Origin: Oscillospiraceae bacterium | GTDB lineage: Bacteria > Bacillota > Clostridia > Oscillospirales > CAG-382 | Reading direction: 5' to 3' | Assembly: GCA_015064945.1 (NCBI GenBank) | Contig: SVRF01000005.1 | Coordinates: forward strand, 4,428-68,427 | Length of the DNA stretch: 64,000 nucleotides | Shown here: one piece after another, positions 1-8,763 of the stretch | Numbering within the stretch: position 1 is the stretch's first letter | Layout of the letters: each line of letters opens with the position of its first letter | Program-made: the position numbers and the translations under genes | The notes under the pieces: model-generated | What the model was told of the DNA's origin: nothing | The model's input: only the letters and a program-made list of their open reading frames with translations | Database searches by the model: none

Positions 1-851
1 CTCATGAATATAACAGGCATATCGGGGTTTTTAGCCCTTACTATGTCAAAAAACGGCTTGTGGGTAGCCTCCAGATGCTCTGCCGTGGGGGCGTTGTGGT
101 CGTAATCGTACACGAAAATTTCAGGGTGCAGATCAGCTATGTATTCGGCAATCTCCGGCTCGCCCTTGGCGCTGCCCGAAAAGCCTAAATTATATATTGC
201 ACAGTCGTACATCTTGGCTATTATACCGTCGTAGGAGTTACCTGCACGGCAGGCGCATCCCCCCTGTGTGATAGAAGAGCCGTAAAACAGCACCATACCG
301 TGGCTTTGCGGGGAAGGAGGAAGCAGCTGACTGTTCTCGTCAATGCCTATATAAAGGTCGGTAAGTCCGCCGTAAAGGGGCAGGGCTATGGTAACGTCCA
401 CAAAATCGCTGTTTGGTGCATCATCCTTGCGGGCTATATTTGCGCCGTCCTCAAACCATAGGTCGTCGGTTCTTATACAGCAACACATTTTAATAAAGCG
501 CATATCCTTGCCGCTATCCACATAAATCTCACAGCCCGTAGAGCCTGAAAGGGGCATATGACGCATATAGAAAGTGTTAAGCTTTTTTGCCTTTATTGCC
601 ACAAAGGGGGAGTTTGTGCGGAAGCGTATTCTGCCGCCTGCCAAATAGCGGGAAAGGTTCTCGATAGAAGGGTTAATCTTAGAAAGCTCCAAAGGCAAAC
701 GGCTGAAGATACCGTCCTCGCCCTTATGGTGCAGACCGCTTATCTCTGCGGCGCAGTCGATAGAGTTATACATTTTAATGGTGGGGAAACGGGTTACAAG
801 CGCCTCTGAGGGGGCAAAATTCTTATCAATTTTTTCAATATGCAAGCTCAT
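1..851 (-). CDS. SGNH/GDSL-family hydrolase, 5' portion (3' end lies beyond the left edge)
   Basis: Absent from the ORF track because it has no stop in the window. Frame checked codon by codon: open from 851 down to 3. The ATG at 851-849 overlaps the TGA of the upstream gene (ATGA). Translation MSLHIEKIDKNF...HGMVLFYGSSITQGGCA...NLGFSGSAKGE...VYDYDHN carries SGNH-like blocks. Confidence 0.75.
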   Translation of the reverse strand, partial: MSLHIEKIDKNFAPSEALVTRFPTIKMYNSIDCAAEISGLHHKGEDGIFSRLPLELSKINPSIENLSRYLAGGRIRFRTNSPFVAIKAKKLNTFYMRHMPLSGSTGCEIYVDSGKDMRFIKMCCCIRTDDLWFEDGANIARKDDAPNSDFVDVTIALPLYGGLTDLYIGIDENSQLLPPSPQSHGMVLFYGSSITQGGCACRAGNSYDGIIAKMYDCAIYNLGFSGSAKGEPEIAEYIADLHPEIFVYDYDHNAPTAEHLEATHKPFFDIVRAKNPDMPVIFM

Positions 852-1486
852 TTATTTACCGCCTTTCTCATATACGGATTATATTTTCTTTCGTCAGATA
901 GGGTGCTTTCTCTTTCGTGGCCGGGGTACACGCCGTAATCACCGGGCATTGCGTAAAGGAGGCGCAAGGACGCCATCATTTTACTCAGGTCGCCGCCCTG
1001 AAAATCGGTCCTGCCCATACCTCCCCTGAAAAGGGTATCACCCGTGAAGAGCATATCATCAAAGATATAGCAAACCGAGCCTTCCGTATGACCGGGAGTG
1101 TGGATAACCTGGAAGTCAAAACCGCATAAGCTTTGGTATCTGTCGCCGTCGCCGAAAACAACATCTGCTTTTTTAAAGGGCCACGGGTTTTCCTTAAGGA
1201 TACCTGATATAAGGTCACGTTCCAAAAGCATTTTGGCATCGGCTTTGTGGATGGCGACCTGTGTTTTTTCGGTACGAAGCCTATCCACAGCCAGAATGTG
1301 GTCAAAATGACCGTGGGTAAGGAGTATAAGCGCAGGGTATGCATCCATATCGTGCAGAGTGCTTTTTATAAGGATAGCGTCATCACCGGGGTCGATAACA
1401 ACGGCGGCACGGCTGCCATCCTGCTTAATGATATAGCAGTTAGTGCCAAGTCTGCCGACAACAAGTCTTTTTAGTGTATAGGGCAT
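848..1486 (-). CDS. MBL-fold metallo-hydrolase (glyoxalase-II-like)
   Basis: Metal-binding motif THGHFDH, then HTPGHT and TGDTLF..GRTDF. The track ORF begins at a GTG (1495) inside the SD GAGAGGTG; the ATG at 1486 (MPYTLK) is properly spaced. Confidence 0.85.
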   Translation of the reverse strand: MPYTLKRLVVGRLGTNCYIIKQDGSRAAVVIDPGDDAILIKSTLHDMDAYPALILLTHGHFDHILAVDRLRTEKTQVAIHKADAKMLLERDLISGILKENPWPFKKADVVFGDGDRYQSLCGFDFQVIHTPGHTEGSVCYIFDDMLFTGDTLFRGGMGRTDFQGGDLSKMMASLRLLYAMPGDYGVYPGHERESTLSDERKYNPYMRKAVNK

Positions 1487-1615
1487 TATGATCACCTCTC
1501 TCTTTGATTATAGCACACAAAAGACAAGGGGTAAAGAATTTTTTTGCCTTTTTGGAATAATTTACGCCGACCTTGGAAATAATATCCACGAAAACAAAAA
1601 GAGAGGTGACCACCT

Positions 1616-1789
1616 ATGACAGACAAAGAGCTTATGTATGTTGAAGACGCACTTTCCCACGCACAGTTTTTGAAGACCCAATGCGACGACACCGCAAGTA
1701 AGCTTAGCGACCAAAGCCTTAAGAGCTTTGTTGCAGGACTTTCAAGCAAGCACCAGCAAATATTCGGCAGCTTTTACAGTTTACTTTAA
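1616..1789 (+). CDS. small CotF-like protein (57 aa), below the ORF-track length cutoff
   Basis: ATG at 1616 lies 6 nt after GAGAGGTGA. Translation: MTDKELMYVEDALSHAQFLKTQCDDTASKLSDQSLKSFVAGLSSKHQQIFGSFYSLL, stop at 1787-1789. Helical, resembles the first half of a Coat_F domain; 13 nt upstream of the next CotF-like gene. Confidence 0.5.
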   Translation: MTDKELMYVEDALSHAQFLKTQCDDTASKLSDQSLKSFVAGLSSKHQQIFGSFYSLL

Positions 1790-1802
1790 AGGAGATAAGG
1801 CT

Positions 1803-2048
1803 ATGGATGACAAAAAGCTTATGGAAACAATGCTTTACGCCGTTAAAAGCACCTGCGATTTATATTTACACGGCGCAATAGAATCCCCCACAGGCAACGT
1901 ACACGGTGCCTTCAGCAACGCTTTAGACGAGGCTTTGGAGATGCAAAACCAAATCTACAGCAAGATGAGCGAAAAGGGCTGGTACACCACCACACCTGCG
2001 CCTCAGGCACAGATAGACCAAACGGCAAACAAGTTCTGTTGCCAGTAA
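1803..2048 (+). CDS. CotF-family spore coat protein-like (81 aa)
   Basis: ATG 1803 preceded by AAAGGAGA; the track start at 1728 is an upstream extension. MDDKKLMETMLYAVKSTCDLYLHGAIESPTGNVHGAFSNALDEALEMQNQIYSKMSEKGWY fits the Coat_F pattern ending in GWY. Confidence 0.65.
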   Translation: MDDKKLMETMLYAVKSTCDLYLHGAIESPTGNVHGAFSNALDEALEMQNQIYSKMSEKGWYTTTPAPQAQIDQTANKFCCQ

Positions 2049-2108
2049 AATTCCCCCACTGCTCACTTCGTTCGTAGTGGGAAGTTACTAAACATTACTG
2101 TAGCAAAC

Positions 2109-2136
2109 AAAATCCACCCAAAAGGGTGGATTTTTG
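2109..2136. terminator. bidirectional rho-independent terminator
   Basis: Stem atccaccc / gggtggat with loop aaaa, A-run on the left and T-run on the right. Lies between convergent genes. Confidence 0.8.
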
Positions 2137-2137
2137 T

Positions 2138-3733
2138 CTATAAATTTGCAAATATTGCGGCACCTTTGTTTTTAAGCCACACATACATCCAAAGGCATAT
2201 TACTATCAGTACTGCCGCTACTGCGCCCAAGAATACCAAGGGACTTATCGTATCACGCAGCAGCCAATACATACCGCCAAGGGCTGCCGTAAGCGCCCAT
2301 CCGCCCATAAGGCACAGGGTAACGGGCAGGCTTTGCTTTACGGGAACTGCCTCGTTTGTCCAGTCAAGGTTTGGCATTTTTAAATTAAGGCACAGCCCCA
2401 AAAGACAGATAAACATAAGATATGCTCCGCTTGCACCCACAACAAGGAAGGAGTAGCCGATATTGGGGCGAACCACATACAACAGCGCCGCCGTCAAAAT
2501 CGAGGCTGGGAGAGCTGTTATGCTTAGGTGGAGCTTGATTTTAGCCCACAGCACCTGCATAGGGGGCACGGGCATCACCTGTGTGAGCCACAGATTTTTG
2601 CCCTCCAAGGAGACAGACGGAGCCGTCACATAGTTCATAGACAAAGACATAAACATAGCGGCAACCGCCAAAAGCTCTACGATGCCTGCAGGCAAGGGCA
2701 ACAGGGCAAGAAGCTCTGCAAGTTTATCGCCCTTTATAAACAGCACTGCGGAGAGAACAAGCATCATAACAGAACCAAGGCCGCAGTTAAGCATATAGGT
2801 TGCGCTGGAGGTAAAACGCTTAAGCTCCTTACGGTACAAGGCGGAGGCAGCCGAAGCGGATTTTACTTCCCCGATCTTGGTCTTTTTTGCAGTGCTGCCG
2901 CCCGAAGCGGTGGCAATTTTGAAGAAGGTACGGGAAAGAATCCAATATATAAGAACAAAAAATACAACACAGCAAAGCAGGCAGATAAGCATATCTACAC
3001 CGTTTCCTGCCGCACCCAAGCCCATCTTGTACAGAGGGTACAAATAGCGCTTTACCTTTACTGCATAGAGAGCAGGATTTGCCGCCATAGAGCTAAGCAA
3101 GGTATAAGCCTTGCTGTACAAAGTGTAGTAACCCACAATAAAAGCCAGGGAAAGTATAACGGTAATATAGCTTTTACCTTTCAGCCTTGTGCTTATCAGT
3201 GCCACCAGCCAACCAAGCAAACAGGAAAGGCACAGGACAAACAAGCCTAACACGGGCATACAAGCAAGGGGCATAATCATCTGTAATACCGTAAGACCGC
3301 CTATATTTACGTAATATGCTGCAAGAGCAGGGCCCATTACTATAAGCTGAAAAACAAATCCTGTCAAAAACACGCCCAAAAGGCGGGAGGCAAGTATGGT
3401 GCGGGGCTTTATGGGCATAGCCAAAAGCATATCGTTATCCTTTGCCAGATACAGAGTGGAGTAAGTGCTGAACACACTGCCGATAATCCCTACCGCTATC
3501 GCCATAAGCCCCATCACCGCAAAATACAACCAAGAAAATCCTGCGTCGACAAAGGGCACGCAAAGCATTTCTGCCATAAGGTACATATAAAATCCTACGC
3601 TGGCGAAGACCAAAAGATATATAAGCACATACGCTATCAAAGGCTTTGCCTTCGCCGCTTTTTTGCCGTTTTTGGGTCTTGCCTCTCGGCAGAAAATCTC
3701 AAGCAGCTGTTTTTTAAGAAGAGTTTTAAGCAT
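2138..3733 (-). CDS. ABC exporter permease (multi-pass membrane protein)
   Basis: Many hydrophobic segments. Start moved to ATG 3733 (MLKTLLKK), preceded by GGAGG and overlapping the ATPase stop by 8 nt, which suggests translational coupling. Confidence 0.75.
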   Translation of the reverse strand: MLKTLLKKQLLEIFCREARPKNGKKAAKAKPLIAYVLIYLLVFASVGFYMYLMAEMLCVPFVDAGFSWLYFAVMGLMAIAVGIIGSVFSTYSTLYLAKDNDMLLAMPIKPRTILASRLLGVFLTGFVFQLIVMGPALAAYYVNIGGLTVLQMIMPLACMPVLGLFVLCLSCLLGWLVALISTRLKGKSYITVILSLAFIVGYYTLYSKAYTLLSSMAANPALYAVKVKRYLYPLYKMGLGAAGNGVDMLICLLCCVVFFVLIYWILSRTFFKIATASGGSTAKKTKIGEVKSASAASALYRKELKRFTSSATYMLNCGLGSVMMLVLSAVLFIKGDKLAELLALLPLPAGIVELLAVAAMFMSLSMNYVTAPSVSLEGKNLWLTQVMPVPPMQVLWAKIKLHLSITALPASILTAALLYVVRPNIGYSFLVVGASGAYLMFICLLGLCLNLKMPNLDWTNEAVPVKQSLPVTLCLMGGWALTAALGGMYWLLRDTISPLVFLGAVAAVLIVICLWMYVWLKNKGAAIFANL

Positions 3734-4439
3734 TTTCCGCCTCCAGATCCAAGAACACTTCTTCAAGAGAGTCGTCGCCCTTTACATCTTCCATCGTGCC
3801 GCTTTTTACAAGGACGCCGTTTTTTATTATTGCCACCTTATGGCACAGCTTTTCCGCCACCTCCAGCACGTGGGTGGAGAAGAATATTGCGCCGCCCTCT
3901 GCGCATATCTGCGCCATTATCTGTTTTAGTGCGTGGCTTGCCTTGGGGTCAAGACCCACAAAAGGCTCGTCCATTATTATAAGCTTCGGCTTGTGTATAA
4001 GGGCGGAGATTATGGCAAGCTTTTGCTTCATACCGTGAGAATAAGAGGATATAAGCTGTGACAGGTTATCGTACAGCCCGAAAATATCGGCGTACTTTTT
4101 TATGCTTGCCTTGCGTTCTTCTGCGGAAATTTTGAATATATCCCCTATGAAGTTTAAAAACTGCAGTCCCGTCATAAAACCGTAAAGGTCGGGGTTATCG
4201 GGGATATACGCCAGCTTGGATTTGCAAAGTACGGGGTCCTGCTTTATAGACGTGCCGTCAATAGAAATATCTCCGCTGTCAAATTGCAAAATACCGCAAG
4301 CCGCCTTAATTGTTGTTGTCTTGCCTGCGCCGTTATGACCGATGAAGCCGTAAATCTCACCCGGTTTTATGTGCAGACTTAAATTATCCACCGCCTTTTT
4401 TGCGCCGTAGCTTTTGCAAAGATTGTCTATTTTTAGCAT
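3726..4439 (-). CDS. ABC transporter ATP-binding protein
   Basis: Walker A GHNGAGKTT, signature YSHGMKQKL, Walker B LIIMDEPFVGLD; GGAGG SD upstream of ATG 4439. Confidence 0.9.
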   Translation of the reverse strand: MLKIDNLCKSYGAKKAVDNLSLHIKPGEIYGFIGHNGAGKTTTIKAACGILQFDSGDISIDGTSIKQDPVLCKSKLAYIPDNPDLYGFMTGLQFLNFIGDIFKISAEERKASIKKYADIFGLYDNLSQLISSYSHGMKQKLAIISALIHKPKLIIMDEPFVGLDPKASHALKQIMAQICAEGGAIFFSTHVLEVAEKLCHKVAIIKNGVLVKSGTMEDVKGDDSLEEVFLDLEAENA

Positions 4440-4501
4440 ATCTATCGCCTCCGTTTGTTGATATCATTACGATATCATATATTTTGAGTTTTGTCAATAC
4501 A

Positions 4502-4548
4502 AATCACCACAATAAGTCTGACCGCTTCTTGGGCTCCCTAACGAAAAA
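4502..4548. repeat. terminator-associated hairpin repeat, copy 1 (degenerate stem)
   Basis: aatcaccacaataagtctgaccgcttcttgggctccctaacgaaaaa; shares the ATCACC..AAG-TCTGAC-CTTCTTGGG..A-run layout with the other copies. Confidence 0.6.
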
Positions 4549-4573
4549 CGCCGCTTGCGGCAAGCAAGCGGCG
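4543..4573 (-). terminator. rho-independent terminator of the GHL10 lipoprotein operon
   Basis: Stem cgccgcttgc / gcaagcggcg, loop ggcaa; T-run on the minus strand (aaaaa at 4544-4548). Confidence 0.75.
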
Positions 4574-4585
4574 TCATTGTTCGAT

Positions 4586-6217
4586 CTACCAAGAAATACT
4601 TTGCATCACGGGAAGGAAGCCGTCCACTTCAACAGCGGTGTAATCCACCCGCTCGCCTGTTACGGGGTCGAACAGGTATTGATAGGAGAACACGCAGAAG
4701 CCGTCCACAGTGTCAAGGTTATCTGCTATCCACTCAAAGGAACGCTTAAGGATATCGCTGTTCTCTATCCACTCATTGGCGCCTGCACCGCCTGCGTATT
4801 GGTCGTATTTGCCCACCTTATGTAGACTGACGCCCAGAACCATATCAACGCTTTCCTCGGTGTTCATAGCTATCCAACGTCGGGAAAGTCCGTCAAAGGG
4901 TACGGTGGCGTGATCAAAGCCAAAATATATCTGGGGACATATATAATCCACATAGCCGATGACGGTGCACCAAGTTTCCACGTCCGCACCTAGGGTATTC
5001 ATATTGTTATCAATATTACCGGCAGGGGAAATGCCGAAAATCATATCCTTGTTTTCCGCTTTAACTGCATTATAAATCTGCTTTACAAGCAGATTTACGT
5101 TGTTTTTGCGGAAGTCGATAAGGGCTTGGTAGTCGTCCTGTGCTTCGTACGCTGCCCTGTCGTAGCTTGCATCGGCGGCAGGATAGAAATAGTCATCCAT
5201 ATGGACGCCGTCCACATCATAGTAACGGCAAATTTCGACAGCTGCGGCGGTAATATAATCCCTAACCTCTTCATAAGCAGGGTTAAGATAATAACGTCTT
5301 GAGGTCTTAAACAGATAGGTTTCGGACTTTTCCGGGTCGTTATACCATTGTTTTATGGGGTAACTGTCATTTATATAGGGCATCTCGTCAATGGCGCAAG
5401 CACGCATTGGATTTATCCACGCCTGAAAGGACAGCCCATACTTATGTGCCGCATCTATCATAATAGGCATAAGGTCATACAATGAGGTATTGCCGTAGGT
5501 AGTGGCAGTAAGCTTTGCGGCGTCGCTGTCCTTTAGGTTTTGGTTAGCGTCCCGGTTGCTGTTACCGTTTAAATAATCGCTCCAAGGATAATATTCGGAA
5601 AGGTACATACTGTCCCCATCGGGATGCACCTGTACAACTACGGTGTTAAAGCCGCTGTCTTTAATGTTTTTCATTATAACATCGATCTTAGCGGCAAAGT
5701 CATCCTCCGTGCGCTGTACGCCTGCCTCATAGTCATAGTATACGGGTATAAGATCCAACTGAGAAAGCCATATTGCCCTTTTGTTTTCGTAGTTAAGGGG
5801 CGTGTAGTCTGCATTTGCACCTTCAGGCAGTTCTTCCCTTGCGGCAAGCAGAGGGTCGCTTATGAGGGTAGATGCAGACTCCTTTGCGGTAAGCCCGTTA
5901 CTTATCTGCAAAATTATAGCATCGTGGCTGTTGTAAACAGCGCCTGCAGTTTTGCTTTGGGCAACGACCGTGCCTGCGTCACTTCCCTCTTTATGGCAAC
6001 AAACGGTTTTGACGTTGCTGTAGCCTGCCGCCTTTACTGCGGCAAGCGCCTCGTCCTCGGTCATACCGCAAACATCGGGAAGCTCTGAGGTGATTTCCGC
6101 TTCTTCGCTTGTTTCTTCCGACACAGAGGCGTTTGTTTGAGACTCCTTTGTGTTTCCGCAAGCCGCAAACGAAAGCAACAATGCTGACGCAAGCATCATA
6201 GCAAACAGTTTTTTCAT
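4586..6217 (-). CDS. lipoprotein with PASTA-like module and GHL10/UPF0748 (YngK/YddW-like) glycosyl-hydrolase-like domain
   Basis: Lipobox LSFAACG; PDVCGMTEDEALAAVKAAGY...GTVVAQS (PASTA-like); RAIWLSQLD, VVVQVHPDGDSMY, GVHMDDYFYP (GHL10 core). Confidence 0.8.
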   Translation of the reverse strand: MKKLFAMMLASALLLSFAACGNTKESQTNASVSEETSEEAEITSELPDVCGMTEDEALAAVKAAGYSNVKTVCCHKEGSDAGTVVAQSKTAGAVYNSHDAIILQISNGLTAKESASTLISDPLLAAREELPEGANADYTPLNYENKRAIWLSQLDLIPVYYDYEAGVQRTEDDFAAKIDVIMKNIKDSGFNTVVVQVHPDGDSMYLSEYYPWSDYLNGNSNRDANQNLKDSDAAKLTATTYGNTSLYDLMPIMIDAAHKYGLSFQAWINPMRACAIDEMPYINDSYPIKQWYNDPEKSETYLFKTSRRYYLNPAYEEVRDYITAAAVEICRYYDVDGVHMDDYFYPAADASYDRAAYEAQDDYQALIDFRKNNVNLLVKQIYNAVKAENKDMIFGISPAGNIDNNMNTLGADVETWCTVIGYVDYICPQIYFGFDHATVPFDGLSRRWIAMNTEESVDMVLGVSLHKVGKYDQYAGGAGANEWIENSDILKRSFEWIADNLDTVDGFCVFSYQYLFDPVTGERVDYTAVEVDGFLPVMQSISW

Positions 6218-6220
6218 AGC

Positions 6221-7807
6221 TTAGTTAAGCTTTGTATCTGCGTATTCCGCCACAAAGCTCATAAGATTATCTATCTCTTCCTTGGTGGAGGGAACACGGT
6301 CGCCGTTTACAGCACTTAAGATATTGGCAGAGGAGAAAAGGGAGAAGCCGCTGCAATGGCCGTAGCCTATAGCAAAATCAATGCAGGTCTTAAGCACGTC
6401 TTTGTTGTTTCTCCATTCGGAAGTAGAACCTTCTGCCGCAGGGCTGAGGTCCATACCGGGGATAAGTCTTATCTTGTCATTCTTAATAAGGGCGTGCCAC
6501 TGAGCATAGCGCTTATCGAAGGAAGAATTGCCGTAATCCATACCCTGATAAAGCTGAGGCATAATATAATCAACATAGCCCTCGCCTGCAAGCCAGGTAT
6601 CTACATCTGCAAACAAGCTTCTTGTATAGGAAAGACTGCCTGCAGGAGAGATGCCGAACATAACATTGGGGTTTTCTGCCTTAACGGCGGAGTAAAGACC
6701 GCTTACAAGCAGGTTTACACTGTGACGGCGGAAATATGCCTGATCGGAATACTCGGTTTGTGCCTGGAAGGCGGCACGGTCATATTCAAACCCCATATTG
6801 TTGGGATAAAAATAGTCGTCCATATGTATGCCGTCTATATCGTAATATCTTACTATCTCTGCAGCGCCGTCTATAATAAGCTGACGTACTTCTTCATAGC
6901 CGGGGTTGAGATACAGCAGATTGTCACACTTGATAACGTAGTCGTCCATGTGCTCTTCCACAAACTTACGCAGACCGTAGCTTATATTTACAAGTTCAAC
7001 AGAAGTGGGATCCATACAACGGAGGGGGTTTATCCAACCGTGGATACTAAGCTCCAAAGTGTGGGCTTCCTCTACCATAATTTCAAGAGGATCATAAGTA
7101 AAATCTGCGCCGTACATACCAACAACGTACTTGGAGGGGCAGTAGTAAGCGGAGGGATAAAAGCTGTCGCCGTTGGGACGAAGCTGAACAAACAGGGTGT
7201 TAAAGCCAAGTGCTTTAAGACCGCCGAAGAGGGTCTTTACTCTTTCGGTAAACTCCTTCTCGGTGCGCTGTGTGGTACCGTTTTTATATACGCTGTCCAT
7301 ATCGTACTGAGAAAGCCATACAGCCTTCATATACTCATAGTTTATGGGCTGATATGCGCTGTTTTCGCCCTGCGCCAGCTCGGTACGGGATTCTACCAAA
7401 GCGCTTTGTTTATATATCAATGCCTGTGCGCCTGCGGTAGGGCCGCTGGAAACAATAACAAAGCATTTTGTGCCGCGCTTATAGCTTTCGCCAACGGTAA
7501 GGTCTACCTCTGCAATTTTACCTGCGGGCACATCGTCCACATTCTTTTCGCGCACCTTAACGGTAAAGCCTGCGTCCTTAAGAGCCTGCTCCGCCTCTTC
7601 GGGGGTCATATTCATAACATCGGGCATAACTATATATTCGCTGTCCGTATCGGGGGTGGTACTTGCGGTGCCGGAGTTATCAGCAATAACAGATTCTTCT
7701 GCGGAAGAGTTATCTGTAGTCTTTTCTTCTTCCTTTGCTTTATCGCCGCAAGCGGCAAAAGAAAGCATCATAGCAGCGGATAGAAGCATTGCCAAAAGCT
7801 TTTTCAT
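6221..7807 (-). CDS. paralogous lipoprotein with PASTA-like module and GHL10/UPF0748 domain
   Basis: Lipobox LSFAACG; MPDVMNMTPEEAEQALKDAGF; KAVWLSQYD, LFVQLRPNGDSFY, GIHMDDYFYP. Only 3 nt from the downstream paralog. Confidence 0.8.
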   Translation of the reverse strand: MKKLLAMLLSAAMMLSFAACGDKAKEEEKTTDNSSAEESVIADNSGTASTTPDTDSEYIVMPDVMNMTPEEAEQALKDAGFTVKVREKNVDDVPAGKIAEVDLTVGESYKRGTKCFVIVSSGPTAGAQALIYKQSALVESRTELAQGENSAYQPINYEYMKAVWLSQYDMDSVYKNGTTQRTEKEFTERVKTLFGGLKALGFNTLFVQLRPNGDSFYPSAYYCPSKYVVGMYGADFTYDPLEIMVEEAHTLELSIHGWINPLRCMDPTSVELVNISYGLRKFVEEHMDDYVIKCDNLLYLNPGYEEVRQLIIDGAAEIVRYYDIDGIHMDDYFYPNNMGFEYDRAAFQAQTEYSDQAYFRRHSVNLLVSGLYSAVKAENPNVMFGISPAGSLSYTRSLFADVDTWLAGEGYVDYIMPQLYQGMDYGNSSFDKRYAQWHALIKNDKIRLIPGMDLSPAAEGSTSEWRNNKDVLKTCIDFAIGYGHCSGFSLFSSANILSAVNGDRVPSTKEEIDNLMSFVAEYADTKLN

Positions 7808-7931
7808 AAAACTTTACCTCTTTTCTGTGACAAATTTTATGCCATAATTATACGGATGTATTATAACACAGCCATTTATCTATGTCAACAAAATAAAAAA
7901 GGCATACAATGGTACAAAAGGAGGTTTTTAT

Positions 7932-8672
7932 ATGGCAAATGTTTTCTTAAGCCCCTCTACCCAAGAGTATAATCCTTACTATGACGGTAACGGCAACGAA
8001 GAATATTATATGAATCTTGTGGCAGACGGGATAGAGCCATATCTTAATGCAGCAGGGATAAGCTTTGGCAGGAACGACCCTGCCGGCAGGGTAAGCAACT
8101 CCATTGCTTTGTCAAACCAAGGGAACTACGGTTTACATCTTGCGTTGCACACCAACGCCGCAGGCGCGGGCAACGCAGGCAACGTAAGAGGGATAGACAT
8201 ATACTACTACCGTGACAGCCCAAGGGGCAAAGCGGCGGCAGAGGCCCTTGCGGAAAGACTGCGCAGTATATATCCGGGCACGGTGCGCACTCTGCCAAAC
8301 ACAAGCTTTGCGGAGCTTCGCTCTACACGGGCGCCTGCCATATTGGCTGAAATAGGATACCATGACAACGCCGAGGATGCAGAGTGGATACGTGCCAATA
8401 TTGACGCCATTGCCAAAGCGACGGCGCAGGCGGTTGCAGACTTTTTAAACGTACCCTTTGTTGACATACAGCCCGATGCGAACACAGGTCTGGTAAGCAC
8501 GGGCGGCGGCAAGCTGAACATAAGGGATGCACCCGATTTACAAGCGAATATCATAGGTCAAGCGCCAAACGGTTCTACCCTTAATCTTTTGGGCAAGGAG
8601 GGCGACTGGTACAGGGTCAACCGCGGCAGCGTTACGGGATATTCCTACGGACAATACATTAAACCCATATAA
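7932..8672 (+). CDS. N-acetylmuramoyl-L-alanine amidase (Amidase_3) with C-terminal SH3b-like domain
   Basis: LHLALHTNA...GIDIYY...AILAEIGYHDN pattern, then GKLNIRDAPD...GDWYRV. No signal peptide. AAAGGAGG SD. Confidence 0.85.
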   Translation: MANVFLSPSTQEYNPYYDGNGNEEYYMNLVADGIEPYLNAAGISFGRNDPAGRVSNSIALSNQGNYGLHLALHTNAAGAGNAGNVRGIDIYYYRDSPRGKAAAEALAERLRSIYPGTVRTLPNTSFAELRSTRAPAILAEIGYHDNAEDAEWIRANIDAIAKATAQAVADFLNVPFVDIQPDANTGLVSTGGGKLNIRDAPDLQANIIGQAPNGSTLNLLGKEGDWYRVNRGSVTGYSYGQYIKPI

Positions 8673-8717
8673 ATCACCCCTTGAAGTCTGACGGCTTCTT
8701 GGGGTCTCAGATAAAAA
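8672..8717. repeat. terminator-associated hairpin repeat, copy 2
   Basis: aatcaccccttgaagtctgacggcttcttggggtctcagataaaaa, immediately followed by a terminator hairpin. Confidence 0.7.
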
Positions 8718-8748
8718 CAGGTCGGGGTGCTTTTTGCATCCCGACCTG
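8718..8748. terminator. terminator hairpin shared by convergent genes
   Basis: Stem caggtcggg / cccgacctg with a 13-nt loop. A-run on the left (T-run for the minus-strand SBP gene), cggtttta on the right. Confidence 0.7.
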
Positions 8749-8763
8749 CGGTTTTATTATTCT

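Noticed and set aside
558-1029. Two 83-aa plus-strand ORFs at the left end
   Set aside because: They lie antisense to the SGNH hydrolase and MBL genes, whose frames are open and motif-bearing.
6356-7783. 475-aa plus-strand ORF antisense to the GHL10 lipoprotein. The same pattern occurs at 27612-28586, 29324-30664, 42883-44025, 39395-40234, 45511-46380, 51189-52124, 57556-58332, 49013-49699, 13103-13765, 8734-9462 and 2528-3250.
   Set aside because: All lie opposite genes with clear family signatures, are Cys/Gly/Val/Arg-rich, and lack an SD. The abundance of long antisense ORFs reflects a general depletion of antisense stop codons, not overlapping genes.
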